From NCBI GenBank assembly GCA_951406725.2, contig OX597821.1, positions 78,492,001 through 78,556,000 on the forward strand: a stretch of DNA of 64,000 bases, read 5' to 3'. Below, piece by piece: positions 1 through 18,013 of the stretch. The position numbers and the translations under genes are program-made. Every line of letters begins with the position of its first letter. Position 1 is the first letter of the stretch. This DNA comes from Octopus vulgaris. Taxonomy: Eukaryota. The notes under the pieces are model-generated. The model was given only the letters and a program-made list of their open reading frames with translations, was not told the origin of the DNA and searched no databases.

Positions 1-686
1 TTGGAGTATTACCTGCTCCATGTACAGGGTGTTGATGAGGTTCAGGAGGGACCTCGCCTGTCCTCGTTCACATCTTGTCATTCCTGGGAGAGAAAGGCCC
101 ACGGGCCATCTGACATTGGGCAGGTTGAAGTCTCCCATAAGAAGTACACTTATGTGTTGTTCTAATGTGGTTAGAACTTCTTCTATTTTTATAAGACAGT
201 CTTCAAACTTGCCCACATGGCTTGGGGCATCTGGAGGGCGATATGTAGCACACACAACTACATCAAGTTGCCTAATATGTACAATTAGTGTGTCACACAC
301 CGAGATTGAGTATGACAAGAGGACCTGGGGTGTGAGGTACTCACGGATGTACATAGCAACACCTCCATGACTCCTTTCTTTCCTGTCGGTCCGTAGTATA
401 GCATACTGTGGTATGTGTAACTCCGCATCTGCTATATCCGGTTTCAGGTGCGTTTCCGTTAGTGCTATGCATAAGGCTTGATTGCATGCAACAAAATCTC
501 TCAGGAACGGGATTTTTGTCCTGTTACTGAGTGTTTGCAGTCCTCTGATGTTCAGTAGGAGCATCGAGGTGAGGTGTACGTTGTTGCCGGTGGTGTCCAT
601 CCTGGGTCTGTTTGCTGTGGTGGTCTGGTATATAGTGGGTAGTCCCACCTGCGGGCTTGGGTTTGATGAAGCCAGGTAAGCTGCTG
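1..686 (-). mobile_element. LINE (CR1/L2 group), 5' part of ORF2 with apurinic endonuclease domain; runs off the window start
   Basis: Minus-strand frame from the ATG at 600 reads MDTTGNNVHLTSMLLLNIRGL..IALTETHL..RTDRKERSHGGVAMYI..ATYRPP..LLMGDFNLP, which are canonical APE motifs (N-x-R-G, TET, GG-V, YRPP, GDFN). Confidence 0.9.
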
Positions 687-6007
<5,321 letters not shown>

Positions 6008-6155
6008 GGTTAAGTAATTGAGATTCTAGTGAATTCTAAAGAATTCACATGAATAAGGTCCTTAACTAGGATGCACCGGATATCTATATGGTGTTAGCCA
6101 TACGACAAGTGGGGTGATTATAAATAGGAAAAAAGCAACAAGAATGGATTAAAAT

Positions 6156-6241
6156 CTCGGTACGATCGTTTCATACGATGACATCATTAATAAGCTACAA
6201 AAAATGCAGTGAATACAGATGGCTCGTACTCGTCAGCCGAA
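6156..6241 (-). ncRNA. Type I hammerhead ribozyme (mirror copy of 8237-8322)
   Basis: Reverse complement reads tcgg CTGACGA gtacgag..atcgtat GAAAC gatc GTA ccga. The core is intact; stem II has a wobble and a mismatch. Confidence 0.8.
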
Positions 6242-8236
6242 AAAATATCAGAGAATTCCCAAACATCAAAAGGGGTAGATATAAAAGAGGTTGTAGGATT
6301 AACTGCATTGAAGAAAGTTCGATTCATGGAGATCTGATGAAAGGTTTTAAACCTATAGAATTTATGCATGTCTACATATAGCTCATATTGGATATTTGAT
6401 CAAGTTGTATGAAGAAATTGTCGGATACAGTCATGCAAACTTTCTGAAAATCCGAGTAAGAGGCAAAGTGACTGCCACATCATGTAGAGGAAAGTCTGAG
6501 TAAAAACATAGTGACTGCCATGTCGTGTAGAAGAACAGATTGTTATTGAAATTAACAAGAATCGCAGATAAGTTCGATTTTTTGGAGATCTGATGAAAAA
6601 GTCTTGAACTTACAAAATTTGTGTATGTCCTTATAGTTCGTAATCCAGTTTTGTGGAGGGATTTAAGGTACAATCATGCGAAAATATCAGGGCGTCCGAA
6701 TGAGAAGTAAAAATGACAGCCTTATATTGTAGTGGTTCAGGTAGTTAATGAAATATTCAAGAATCACAGAAAGAGGAGGAAGGGGGTAGGAATTTAATCA
6801 GTTACTGCTATTTAAGCTGTCAAAGAGAAAGGAAAGGGGAAGCTAAGGGGATGGGCACAATTTGATACTAACAAAAAAGTCTAAGTTTGTTTGGAACAAA
6901 TTCGATCTGAGGTCCACAATTTATTTCTTTATTCATAAATGTTACTATTAATAGATTGTCAGGTTACAAAGAGGTCATTAGAAAGGAAGGAAAATGGGGT
7001 TGTTTTTAAATGAAATTAAACTATTATACTCCTACATAGTATATATTTGACTAGAAAGATAAGTTCTAACTAGCTATGATTATAATTTTTCTCTCTCTGA
7101 TGGTACTATTTGATACTTATTGACTTAAATTATTTATTTGATTTATTTCTATTGGACCATATTATTAATAAATTAATTTTATCTCCATTTCTTAGTCTTT
7201 TTTTATCCCATTACAAATTTTAGTTAGTTAATTCTCTTAACTTCTTTTTTTAAACTTTTTAAATTAATTTCTGCTAATACCAGACCTATCATAGTGTTTT
7301 GTGATGTGATATAATTTATCAAAATAATATAATATAATATAGTGTAGTGTATTATAGTTTAGTATAATAATAATATAATTGTTTAATTTCATTTAATATT
7401 TTCATTTAATAACATTATGTATGTTTTATAGTTTAGTATAATAATAATATAATAGTTTAATTTCATTTAAAAACAACCCCATTTTTCTTTCCTTTCTAAT
7501 GACCTCTTTGTAACCTGACAATCTATTAAAAGTAACATTTATGAATAAAGAAATATATTGTTGACCTCAGATCGAATTTGTTCCAAACAAACTTAGACTT
7601 TTTTGTTAGTATCAAATTGTGCCCATCCCCTTAGCTTCCCCTTTCCTTTCTCTTTGACAGCTTAAATAGCAGTTACTGATTAAATTCCTACCCCCTTCCT
7701 CCTCTTTCTGTGATTCTTGAATATTTCATTAACTACCTGAACCACTACAATATAAGGCTGTCATTTTTACTTCTCATTCGGACTCCCTGATACTTTCGCA
7801 TGATTGTACCTTAAATCCCTCCACAAAACTGGATTACGAACTATAAGGACATACACAAATTTTGTAAGCTCAAGACTTTTTCATCAGATCTCCAAAAAAA
7901 TCGAACTTATCTGCGATTCTTGTTAAATTCAATAACAATCTGTTCTTCTACACGACATGGCAGTCACTATGTTTTTACTCAGACTTTCCTCTACATGATG
8001 TGGCAGTCACTTTGCCTCTTACTCGGATTTTCAGAAAGTTTGCATGACTGTATCCGAAAATTTCTTCATACAACTTGATCAAATATCCAATATGAGCTAT
8101 ATGTAGACATGCATAAATTCTATAGGTTTAAAACCTTTCATCAGATCTCCATGAATCGAACTTTCTTCAATGCAGTTAATCCTACAACCTCTTTTATATC
8201 TACCCCTTCTGATGTTTGGGAATTCTCTGATATTTT

Positions 8237-8322
8237 TTCGGCTGACGAGTACGAGCCATCTGTATTCACTGCATTTTTTGTAGCTTATTAAAGATGTCCT
8301 CGTACGAAACGATCGTACCGAG
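8237..8322 (+). ncRNA. Type I hammerhead ribozyme with long stem II
   Basis: Stem I ttcgg/ccgag; CTGACGA 8242-8248; stem II gtacgag/ctcgtac closing a 43-nt insert; GAAAC 8306-8310; loop GATC; GUA cleavage triplet 8315-8317. Confidence 0.88.
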
Positions 8323-8470
8323 ATTTTAATCCATTCTTGTTGCTTTTTTCCTATTTATAATCACCCCACTTGTCGTATGGCTAACACCATATAGATATCC
8401 GGTGCATCCTAGTTAAGGAACTTATTCATGTGAATTCTTTAGAATTCACTAGAATCTCAATTACTTAACC

Positions 8471-8529
<59 letters not shown>

Positions 8530-8951
8530 CACATATACATACACACATACACACACACATATATGCATATACATGCACACACATACACACACGTACAAAA
8601 TTCATATGTACAGCACGTAATAATAATAATATAATATTAATATGGTATGGTGCAAGAAAAATTCTTGTTAAAACTTAGAATTAATATTCTAGCGATTCAA
8701 AGAGAATACATTTATAAGGACGTAGAAAGTAAAATATAATATAAGTAATATATAAAAATATATAGGTATATAAAAATATAGGCATATAAAAATATATAAA
8801 ACATATATAAATATATATACATATAGGAGCATATAAAAATATAACATATATATATATATATCGTGTAAATAAAGTAAAATAATGTTCATCGTTTAGAAAT
8901 CTTAATCGGTAAAATAAGCCTTATATATAAGAAGGAAATCATGTTTGCTTA

Positions 8952-9028
8952 TCCCTATGGCCATTTCAGGGGTGTATTATGTTTAAAGCACTAGGGTGCA
9001 TTTCGATAATACCTCCTTCGTCAGGGGA
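8952..9028 (-). ncRNA. Type I hammerhead ribozyme in the 3' pLTR (sense to the PLE ORF)
   Basis: Reverse complement reads tccc CTGACGA aggaggtattat..ataatacacccct GAAAT ggcc ATA ggga. Confidence 0.82.
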
Positions 9029-9465
9029 AAAAGCATATATATAAACGCAAAGATAGCCATCACGCACCAGGCCTGTACGGTGTTATTTGCTTTCCCACTT
9101 TGGTATTCATGCACGGATAGCCCAAGGACAAAGCAGTGAAGAATTTTTTTCTTTTAAAGCAGTAGAGGAAGCAGTAAAAAAAAAAAAAAATTTTCAAATC
9201 AAATTAATTCCAATGAATTAAAATTGAACTAAATTGACTTAAAAAGAGCCTCCGTGGTTTCAAATCCTGCAAAACTTAAATACTTTTATTTTTCAATTTA
9301 TTTACTTTCTATATACTCAAAAAGAATGGGTTTCCTTAACTAAATTAAACTGACTTAACTGGGTTAAAATTAAATTAACTTAAATTGAGCCTTCGAGGTT
9401 TCAAATCCTGCAATATCTAAATCAGTTATTTTTATTTTTTTACAACTTATCTTTTCGTAAATCCA

Positions 9466-12070
9466 TTACTTACTACAATTTATTTTATTCCTGTAGATTT
9501 TCAGGAATGTAGAAGAAAATTTATGTACGCAAAAGGGGATCACGTCCGTAAATTTATTCAGAATGTGCGGTCCATAACACCTAAGGATGGTAAGCGATTC
9601 CCTTATGCATAGCCTACACTTGCTGATGTTTCTCTTGAAGTTTGGGATTTTAGAAATGATGGACCATTCTAGGAAATAATTCTTATTGTTCTTTCTCAGG
9701 TTGTGTATATGCGATGCAAGTGTAGTTGAGTTAAAGTATTTTTCGTTAGTAAAAGAGCTCATGTGTGACCTATATCGCGCCTTAAAATCCATCGTACTAC
9801 CTATATAAAATTTGTTTAGATTATCTACATCCCTAACTACACATTTATATATTACGTTGGTAACCAGACATGAACCATCCAAAGGACATAATTTGGGTTT
9901 CCTACAGTTACATGTCTTATCGGGGCCTTTCCTAATTTTTTTCCTATTATTATCATTACTTATTTTATCTCCAGTTCCAGACGGGTTTAGCTCATTCCTT
10001 CCCTCTAAACTACCCTTATTACATGGGTTCGATGAGTCCAGTAAAGGTAGACCATTTATAGCTTTGGTACTCAGCTTTACAGGATTATCAACCACATTTC
10101 CTTGGTCATCCTCAGAGGAACTTTTTCTGTCGTTCCACCTAGTAAGCTTGCTTCTATTGATTGAAGCAATGATGGAAGCAAAGTTAGGCATTACAGAATA
10201 GGAGAATTTTATTGTCGACTTATTGCAGATGCTATAATATTTGTGGTCCTTTGGGAAGTTTTCCTTCAGAATCTTAAAAAATAGTTTTGGTAAATTCCTT
10301 ACTCTAAGGGAGAAGGGGGGAGCGAACCAAATAACTTCCCTTATTCTAGGCCGTGAGCTTCCTGTTTTGTTTAACTTCTTATCAGGATTTTTAATTTCCT
10401 TATACCTACCCTTACTGCTGTTATCCCTAAACATATTATTATTCCTAAACATATTATTATTATTCAAAGGCCTCTTATTATTCCTAGACGTATTATTTTT
10501 ATTATAATTATTATTCAAAAACCTATTATTATTACAGTATTTATTATTGTATTTATCTGTAGTAATTGCAACTTGCTCAATTGGCAAACCAGACATCCTG
10601 TTTTTTAGTCTAGTATTAAGGATATAGAATATTTTAGACTTGAAACCACTTAAACTTAGGGCATTATTATACACTGGTGCATGTTGCTCAAAAATCTCTT
10701 CGTTCGCAGATAAATTGGATATTCTAGTTGAAATCGCAGTTATGATACTATCTATTGTGGATTTCGGATGATTAAATGACACATTGATATATGCTATCGA
10801 TTTATTAGCCTTACGAAAGGGGTAGTATAGACCGGTATTAAGACACAAGGTAACGTCCAGGAAGTTTACTACCCTAGAGTTACTATCGTAGATGATATCA
10901 AGATTTAAAAAAATCTTTCAAAAAGCTTCTCAACGACTTCTTTAATCTGTTTAATTCGGTCTTAGATAGGCCCCGCACGGCAAAGAGGGCATCATCCCTA
11001 TATAATCCACCAGTAAGGTTAGGGAAGCTTTTCCTAACTTCTGAGAGTAGATACAGGCCAACCAAGTCAGTCACCTGCGCAGAAACTGATGACCCCATGG
11101 TAATATCAAAGAAATTTTCTGAGTCGGTTCTTTGCCATTCACTCTCATTATAGGAGACAAGTGTTTCTCTTGCCGCTAAAATTACCTCTAAATCCGACTT
11201 AGGTATCTCAACAAACCTTCTTGCGAAGATTAAGGCTTTGTTTAGCAAAATAGGGCTTATAGACCTATACTAATTCGAAATGTCGAATTGTATAAAGTTG
11301 AGCTTAGGTTTATCTCTGATAGAGTTAAACCAAAGTATTACATCCTCAGTTCCTTTCCATAAGGGAAGTTCGACCTTATCCCTCACAGTTGGGATAATGC
11401 TATCGATAATGAATTTACTGATTCTGCCCAAATCAGATTTTGTCGGACATATCAATCTAATCGAAGGATTAGATAGAAAGTCAGGCTTATGGTCCTTCAA
11501 TAAAGCATGGGGAGTATTTGGATCATAAGGTTGGGTTCTATCAAGCAGGCCCAAACCAGATATTATTTTCAAATGGTTGGCATTAATCTTATTTATGGCA
11601 TTTTTACCTGCATGTTTATAGCCAGATTTAAGTTCTTTTAAAATCAATTCATCATATAAATCTGGTGGTATAGAGTAAATGTTCCCAGTTTTATCCGACA
11701 ATACATGTAGGTCGGGAGACGATTTCATAGACGAAATCTTCTGAGATAGCATCTTCTGGAATGGATTGGTGTATTTTGAAAATTTCAGGCGTTTGATTAA
11801 TTTCATCAGGTCCTGTTCAAACTTGGCAAGAGCTGGGTTGGACGGAGGATTTCTACAGGTTTTGAGGTTAAAGTTATTTTTCTCGCCGGAAATGCTGGAT
11901 TCAAATGAACTGTTTTCACTCTTCTTATTATTTTTCAAATCAAGGAAGAAGGCTCGCCATCTTAGCCTGTTGATGAATTCCGTAGTTCGGTGGATCAATG
12001 ATTCCATGTATAAATTGTTCGAGGGTATGGGAATGTTCTTTGTGGAAAAACCTAGACAATGCTTATTCAT
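9466..12070 (-). pseudogene. Penelope-like RT/GIY-YIG polyprotein with one in-frame TAG (11270) and one frameshift (about 10905)
   Basis: Motifs LKDHKPDF..IRLICPTKSDLGRISK, QFDISN*Y, MGSSVSAQVTDLVGLYLL, LYRDD, NFLDVTL, CNCRKPKLCPLDGSC, FYIGST..FKARYRSH, KCRLCIRE..CVHKF. Confidence 0.92.
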
Positions 12071-12177
12071 TATGCAGCCTATATGAAGTGCTCTGAAGAG
12101 CAGAAATATCGATACAATAATTGTTTCTTGTCAGGAACAAAAAGATTTAATAGGACTGCGTTTATATATATGTTTTT

Positions 12178-12254
12178 TCCCCTGACGAAGGAGGTATTAT
12201 TGAAATGCACCCTAGTGCTTTAAACATAATACACCCCTGAAATGGCCATAGGGA
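12178..12254 (+). ncRNA. Type I hammerhead ribozyme in the inverted 5' pLTR
   Basis: Stem I tccc/ggga; CTGACGA 12182-12188; long stem II with inner gcac-ccta-gtgc hairpin; GAAA 12239-12242; T-GGCC-A; AUA triplet 12248-12250. Confidence 0.82.
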
Positions 12255-12756
12255 TAAGCAAACATGATTTCCTTCTTATATATAAGGCTTATTTTACCGA
12301 TTAAGATTTCTAAACGATGAACATTATTTTACTTTATTTACACGATATATATATATATGTTATATTTTTATATGCTCCTATATGTATATATATTTATATA
12401 TGTTTTATATATTTTTATATGCCTATATTTTTATATACCTATATATTTTTATATATTACTTATATTATATTTTACTTTCTACGTCCTTATAAATGTATTC
12501 TCTTTGAATCGCTAGAATATTAATTCTAAGTTTTAACAAGAATTTTTCTTGCACCATACCATATTAATATTATATTATTATTATTACGTGCTGTACATAT
12601 GAATTTTGTTCCATCTTGCGGATTATATGTTTATTCTATAATTAAATGTTCGAATTATGAAATGACATGCGGTTGACTTTGTATTTGCTTGTTCAATGAT
12701 TTTAGTTTGATATATATATGTATATATATATATATATATACATATATATGTATGTA

Positions 12757-12817
<61 letters not shown>

Positions 12818-13029
12818 GTATATATATATATGTGTGTGTATAAGTGAGAGTCTCCTTATTTACCTAAAACTCTATTATTCTCTTTATTCTTTTATCTACT
12901 TTATCACTGATTCCTTTGACCACTCCCCTAAGAATGATAGTTTGCGCCATGCCTACCCCAAAAAGTCCCCCACCACCACCCCTTTAAACCTGCCTAAATG
13001 TATAAATGCCAAAACTACTCTTGTCACCT

Positions 13030-13080
13030 AGCTTCCTGATGATTTCTTTTGAATGAAACAGTTCTAGTCCTGTAGAAGCT
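13030..13080 (+). ncRNA. Compact type I hammerhead ribozyme
   Basis: agcttc CTGATGA tttc-tttt-gaat GAAA cag-ttctagtc-ctg TA gaagct: 6-bp stem I, 4-bp stem III, GUA triplet. Confidence 0.88.
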
Positions 13081-13656
13081 CCTTCTATAAAATAAATTAA
13101 TTTACTCTGCTATGTATTGAGTACCTTATTTACTGTGGTTAACCCCGACTCAAGTGTGTGTGTGAGTGTGTGGTTTTGTGTGTACATAGTTATGTGTACG
13201 TTTATGTGAAAGTCGGTACACTTATGTATGTATGAATATAACACGTGCGTTTGTGTATGTGTATGAGTGTGCATGTGTGTGTGTGTGCGTGTGTTAGTGT
13301 TTGTGTTCGTATCAGTGGAAGAAAGATAGAAAGGAAGGGAGAAGGGCAATAAACGGTGTCTTTAGGCCGAACAGGTATGCTCCCTTGGGAGAGCTGGCCT
13401 GGTGGGTCGAGGTCAAAATAAAAATAAAGATAAAGATAAAATAAAGATAAAGATTAAAATTAGGGAAGAAACGTGTGTGTATGTGTGTGCATGTATATGC
13501 ATATGTATGTGTATGTATATATGTATATATATGTATATATATGTGTATGTGTGTGTATATGTATATATATATGTATATATATAAGTGTGGGTATGTATGT
13601 GTGTATATATGTGTATATATATATATGTATATATGTATATATATATATATATATAT

Positions 13657-14400
13657 AATAATTCTCTAAACGAGGTATATACAGTAACTGCTCCATAACA
13701 TAAGGGACGTTAGCCATCCGAATATGGCTAGGGACAGGGCAGGGCGGTGGGGGTGTTACTGATGCATTTAGCCCCAGGCGATCATCAACGTCACCAGAAG
13801 TGCTGACGTCATCACGGCGTCCTCTAGCCTGCAAAGGGAGATCATTCCCCGAAGAAGCGGATGCCACATACGGACCCAGGGTTTCAAGGTGTTTGCCTAT
13901 TGTCAACGTATGGCAGGCACACCCCTCGACGAACGACTCTCTGTGCAGGCTATCTATATAAAGATTTTCATAGTAAATACATTTACTGATGTAGAAAATC
14001 TGTTCGACAGCAATAACAATTCTCTAAACGAGGTATGTTATGGAGCAGTTACTGTATATACCTTGTTTAGAGAATTATTATGGCTGTCGAACAGATTTTC
14101 TACATCAGTAAATGTATTTACTATGAAAATTGTTATATAGATAGCCTGCACAGAGAGTCGTTCGTCGAGGGGCGGTGCCTGCCATACGTTGACAATAGGC
14201 AAACACCTTGAAACCCTGCGTCCGTATGTGGCATCCGCTTCTTCGGGGAATGATCTCCCTTTGCAGGCTAGAGGATGCCGTGATGGCGTCAGCCCTTCTG
14301 GTGACGTTGATGATCGCCTGGGGCTAAATGCATCAGTAACACCCCCACCGCCCTGCCCTGTCCCTAGCCATATTCGGATGGCTAACGTCCCTTATGTTAT
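13657..14400. repeat. Inverted pair of a ~358-nt terminally redundant repeat unit inserted in (TA)n
   Basis: 13657-14033 (-) and 14034-14400 (+) are reverse complements. attctctaaacgaggtat recurs at 13661 and 14019. Confidence 0.9.
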
Positions 14401-14617
14401 ATATATATATATATATATATATAGATATGTGAGCGTGTGAGTATGGGGGTGTATATCCTTCTTTATATTTGTTTTTGTATTTATATTTATATTTATATTT
14501 TTTTATACATGTGTGTAGAGATATGAGTGAATGTATGAGTATGGATATGGGCGTGTACGTAGATGTATGTAAATGGGTGCATATGTACATGTGTATATGG
14601 ATGTATGTGTGTATGTG

Positions 14618-14730
<113 letters not shown>

Positions 14731-14944
14731 ATGTGTATATATATATATATATATATAAGTGAGAGTCTCCTTATTTACCTAAAACTCTATTATTCTATTT
14801 ATTCTTTTATCTACTTTATCACTGATTCCTTTGACCACTCCCTTAAGAATGATAGTTTGCGCCATGCCTACCCCAAAAAGTCCCCCACCATCACCCCTTT
14901 AAACCTGCCTAAATGTATAAATGCCAAAACTATTCTTGTCACCT

Positions 14945-14995
14945 AGCTTCCTGATGATTTCTTTTGAATGAAACAGTTCTAGTCCTGCTGAAGCT
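14945..14995 (+). ncRNA. Hammerhead copy with mutated cleavage triplet (GUA to GCU), probably inactive
   Basis: Identical to 13030-13080 except ctgct replaces ctgta. Confidence 0.7.
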
Positions 14996-15092
14996 CCTTC
15001 TACAAAATAAATTAATTTACTCTGCTATGTATTGAGTACCTTATTTACTGTGGTTAACCCCGACTCATGTGTGCGTGTGAGTGTGTGTGTGT

Positions 15093-15132
<40 letters not shown>

Positions 15133-15150
15133 TGTGATATCTGATATGAT

Positions 15151-15343
15151 ATACGAGCGGGTTTCGCAAAATGCCTGATTGGATGTCTAAACTTCCGACA
15201 TTTTTCACAGGGCTTACAAAAACCGATGGACCACTGCAATAAGTGTATGAATCTGAGAGGAGAATATGTTGAGTAAAGTAGTAATTACTTGGTCCTCCTG
15301 TATTTTCTCTTACCCAAAGCTAGCAACTTTTCAGCATCCCCTC
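15151..15343 (+). mobile_element. mariner 3' end fragment
   Basis: GLQKPMDHCNKCMNLRGEYVE* resembles the mariner C-terminus. It ends in TIR-like aacttttcagcatcccctc. Confidence 0.65.
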
Positions 15344-16850
15344 CTGTGGACATGTTTGTAGAGGTGCCTGGCTTAGTAGTTAGGAGTGTTGCACACAAGA
15401 TCGTAGGAGTATAAAGTGTGCAACTTTTAAAATTTCAAAACCTTTAAATCTTTATAAATTCTTCTTCGAGGTTTCTTGCAATGTGTGAAGTTTATTAAAC
15501 TTTTAAATTTTTTCTTTAAACAGTTGTTTCTTTAGCTGTATTTTGTGATTTCTTTAAAACAAAAAACTGAAAGGAACTTTTCACATTTTCTTGTTTTGTT
15601 CTAAATTGATTTTAACTTCTTTTAACTGCTTTTGACTTCCCTTAATTTATTCAGTTACAGAATTTCCTCATCATCCCTTAACTTCCTAACCTGTCCTACG
15701 AACGGCGTTATCTTGTAGTCTCTCTATACTATATCATAAAACTGATCCTTCGAAGGACCAGCGTCTTGTCAGGGGTTGGGGAATAAGAATATATAGGCTA
15801 CAGAATACGGGAAAACCGGCCTTATGCACCTAGAGCTTGGGAAATGTTTTTCACCCTTTATGTGTGCATGTGTGTGTACATGCATGCATATTTACACACA
15901 TATATATAAATATATATATACACACATACATATATATGTATGTATGTATGTATGTATACATGTATGTATTTGTGTGTGTATGATGAATGTTGGGGAATCA
16001 GGAAATATATCTTTTCAGAATTCAGAATGTAGATTCTAAGGTCGGAGAATGTTTATGATTTCCTATTTCTCTTCCGTGTTCTGTAGTTTGAATGTTTTTT
16101 TCTTCAAAAGGAATAAGTCCACACGGCTATTTTTGTCTTCTAGAAATATTTTTTTTATTCCTGTAATGGCTCACCCAGCAAAGTGCAGAACCGCTTTGCC
16201 ATGGTAAATAGTACGTTTCTTTTTTGTGTGTGTGTGCATGTGTGCATGTGTGCATGAAAGAACGAAAATTCAAGTTTTCATGCATGGCTGTTGGTGGATA
16301 GAAAAGATATGGTTATCTTCTTTTCACCTTTGATAATATGTGCGTCCAAAAATGGCAGTTTTTGTGCGTTATTCTGTTGTAAATTTCGCGAAGTATCGAG
16401 TCTTTTTAGGAGGAATGGAAAATTCCTAGGCCTTTTTGAGTTTTGTTCCAAAAGATGAATCATTCATCAAAATTCCGTTTCCAGTTGTCCTGCATGTAAA
16501 TGGAGAATTTGGATCCATTCTAATGTTAAGAATTGGTTATCATTTTAAACTGTATGGGCAGAATCACTTCACAAGTTTTCTTTTGTTTCTTTTTTTCTTC
16601 TTGTTTCTATAAAGCGAAGGTTACGTATTTCTACTCCATACCGTTTAAAATGATAACCAATTGTTAATATTGTATTTGACCCAGATTCTTGGAATTATGA
16701 ATTACTTAGTGACCAGAATCGAAATATGTACATTTTTCAATTCCTTTTGCACATTATTAAAATGTTTTTCTTTCTGAAACTTAACTTCAAACTGTGATAC
16801 AAATAAATCAACTATACATCCACAACTCTCCATTTTCTTACCTTATTAAT

Positions 16851-17252
16851 ATATATATTATATAAATAAGACACGGGCGATCGTTGTCTTGAGGTTCACA
16901 GCCAAACGGCTGGGTGGCTTTGGGTGAAAAATAGTACACATATGTAGACGGGTGCATAGATTGGAATTCGGTTTGTATTTTTTCCTAGCCCTCATAATTA
17001 TCGAGAAAATCGATTAAAACTTTCTAATGGAATTCCCCCAGCCTAGGTACAAATTCGTTCTTCACAACTCCTGAAGCTGATTTCTGACAGGGGTAGGGGG
17101 ACTTAGGAAATTTTCCTAATGCTCGAGGCTCCAATCGAAACAGGGGACCCGAAATGTTAGGGTTGAGAAACACTTATAGATTATGCCTAACCGAAAACGA
17201 TCACAGCCACATCATCCAAACAGACCGAGTGAAACCAGGCGTAACTGCTAGT
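16851..17252 (+). mobile_element. Short non-autonomous Helitron-like element
   Basis: AT-rich start (tatatattatataaataag). The end ..gaaaccaggcgtaactgCTAGt resembles the Helitron ends at 40290 and 44284. Confidence 0.45.
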
Positions 17253-17379
17253 ATATATATACATACATACAAACATACTCACACACGCGCACACATATAT
17301 ATGTATACATATACATACATACATACATACATACATACATACATACATACGTACGTACGTACGTACGTACATACATACA

Positions 17380-17413
<34 letters not shown>

Positions 17414-17829
17414 AAGAAACTGGAATAAAAAAGAAAGTCCATCAATTTAAAAGAAGTTACAAGTTGAAACAAGAAATATCTTTGTGTTCTTACAGACGCT
17501 GAGACATTAAGTCGTCGATAAATTTAAAGCTAATGAAAAGGTAATATTTACTTCCGGTTACTGAATACGAAACACAAATTAACATCGAGTTAAATGATAA
17601 TCATTGATGGTCGATTTGTTATGAGTTTAGCTTATTTCTTTTTAACATACCTTTATAATGATTTTACACGGGTAAATGACTATTTCTGGTGAATGGTGAT
17701 CTAGTTACCTTTCTGTACCTAAAACAATAGTTTTAATGCCATTTTCTAATAAAAAACAGTTTATATCAAACAAAAGTTAATTAGTTAAAGGTTTTTTTTC
17801 ATTACTTCAGACAAGAGACATTGGGGACA

Positions 17830-17953
17830 AAAATGTTTTCTATTTAGACTGCCGTCATAAAAATCTTTATTTTTCTGTGTTTACATCGATATCAGAAATT
17901 ATAAATATATATACGTTCGTGTGTGTGTTCGTGTGCGTTTTTTGTGCGTGTGA

Positions 17954-18013
<60 letters not shown>

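Larger units (their letters stand above)
8594..12710 (-). mobile_element. Near full-length Penelope-like element (Naiad type) with inverted pseudo-LTRs
   Basis: RT plus C-terminal GIY-YIG ORF. 8595-9048 and 12158-12609 are inverted copies, each with a hammerhead. Confidence 0.92.

Noticed and set aside
6334-6620. CTGATGA at about 6334 and 6590 as extra hammerheads
   Set aside because: No correctly placed GAAA, stem III or stem I.
9466-12070. Selenocysteine recoding, which is reported for some Naiad PLEs
   Set aside because: The conserved Cys positions are ordinary Cys codons, the internal stop is TAG rather than TGA, and I saw no convincing SECIS.
12088-12116. ctgaaga-gca-gaaa-tatcgata as a hammerhead
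   Set aside because: No room for stem II and no stem I.
16510-16685. Short imperfect inverted repeat with ~45-bp arms
   Set aside because: No TSD or second copy seen; it cannot be classified.
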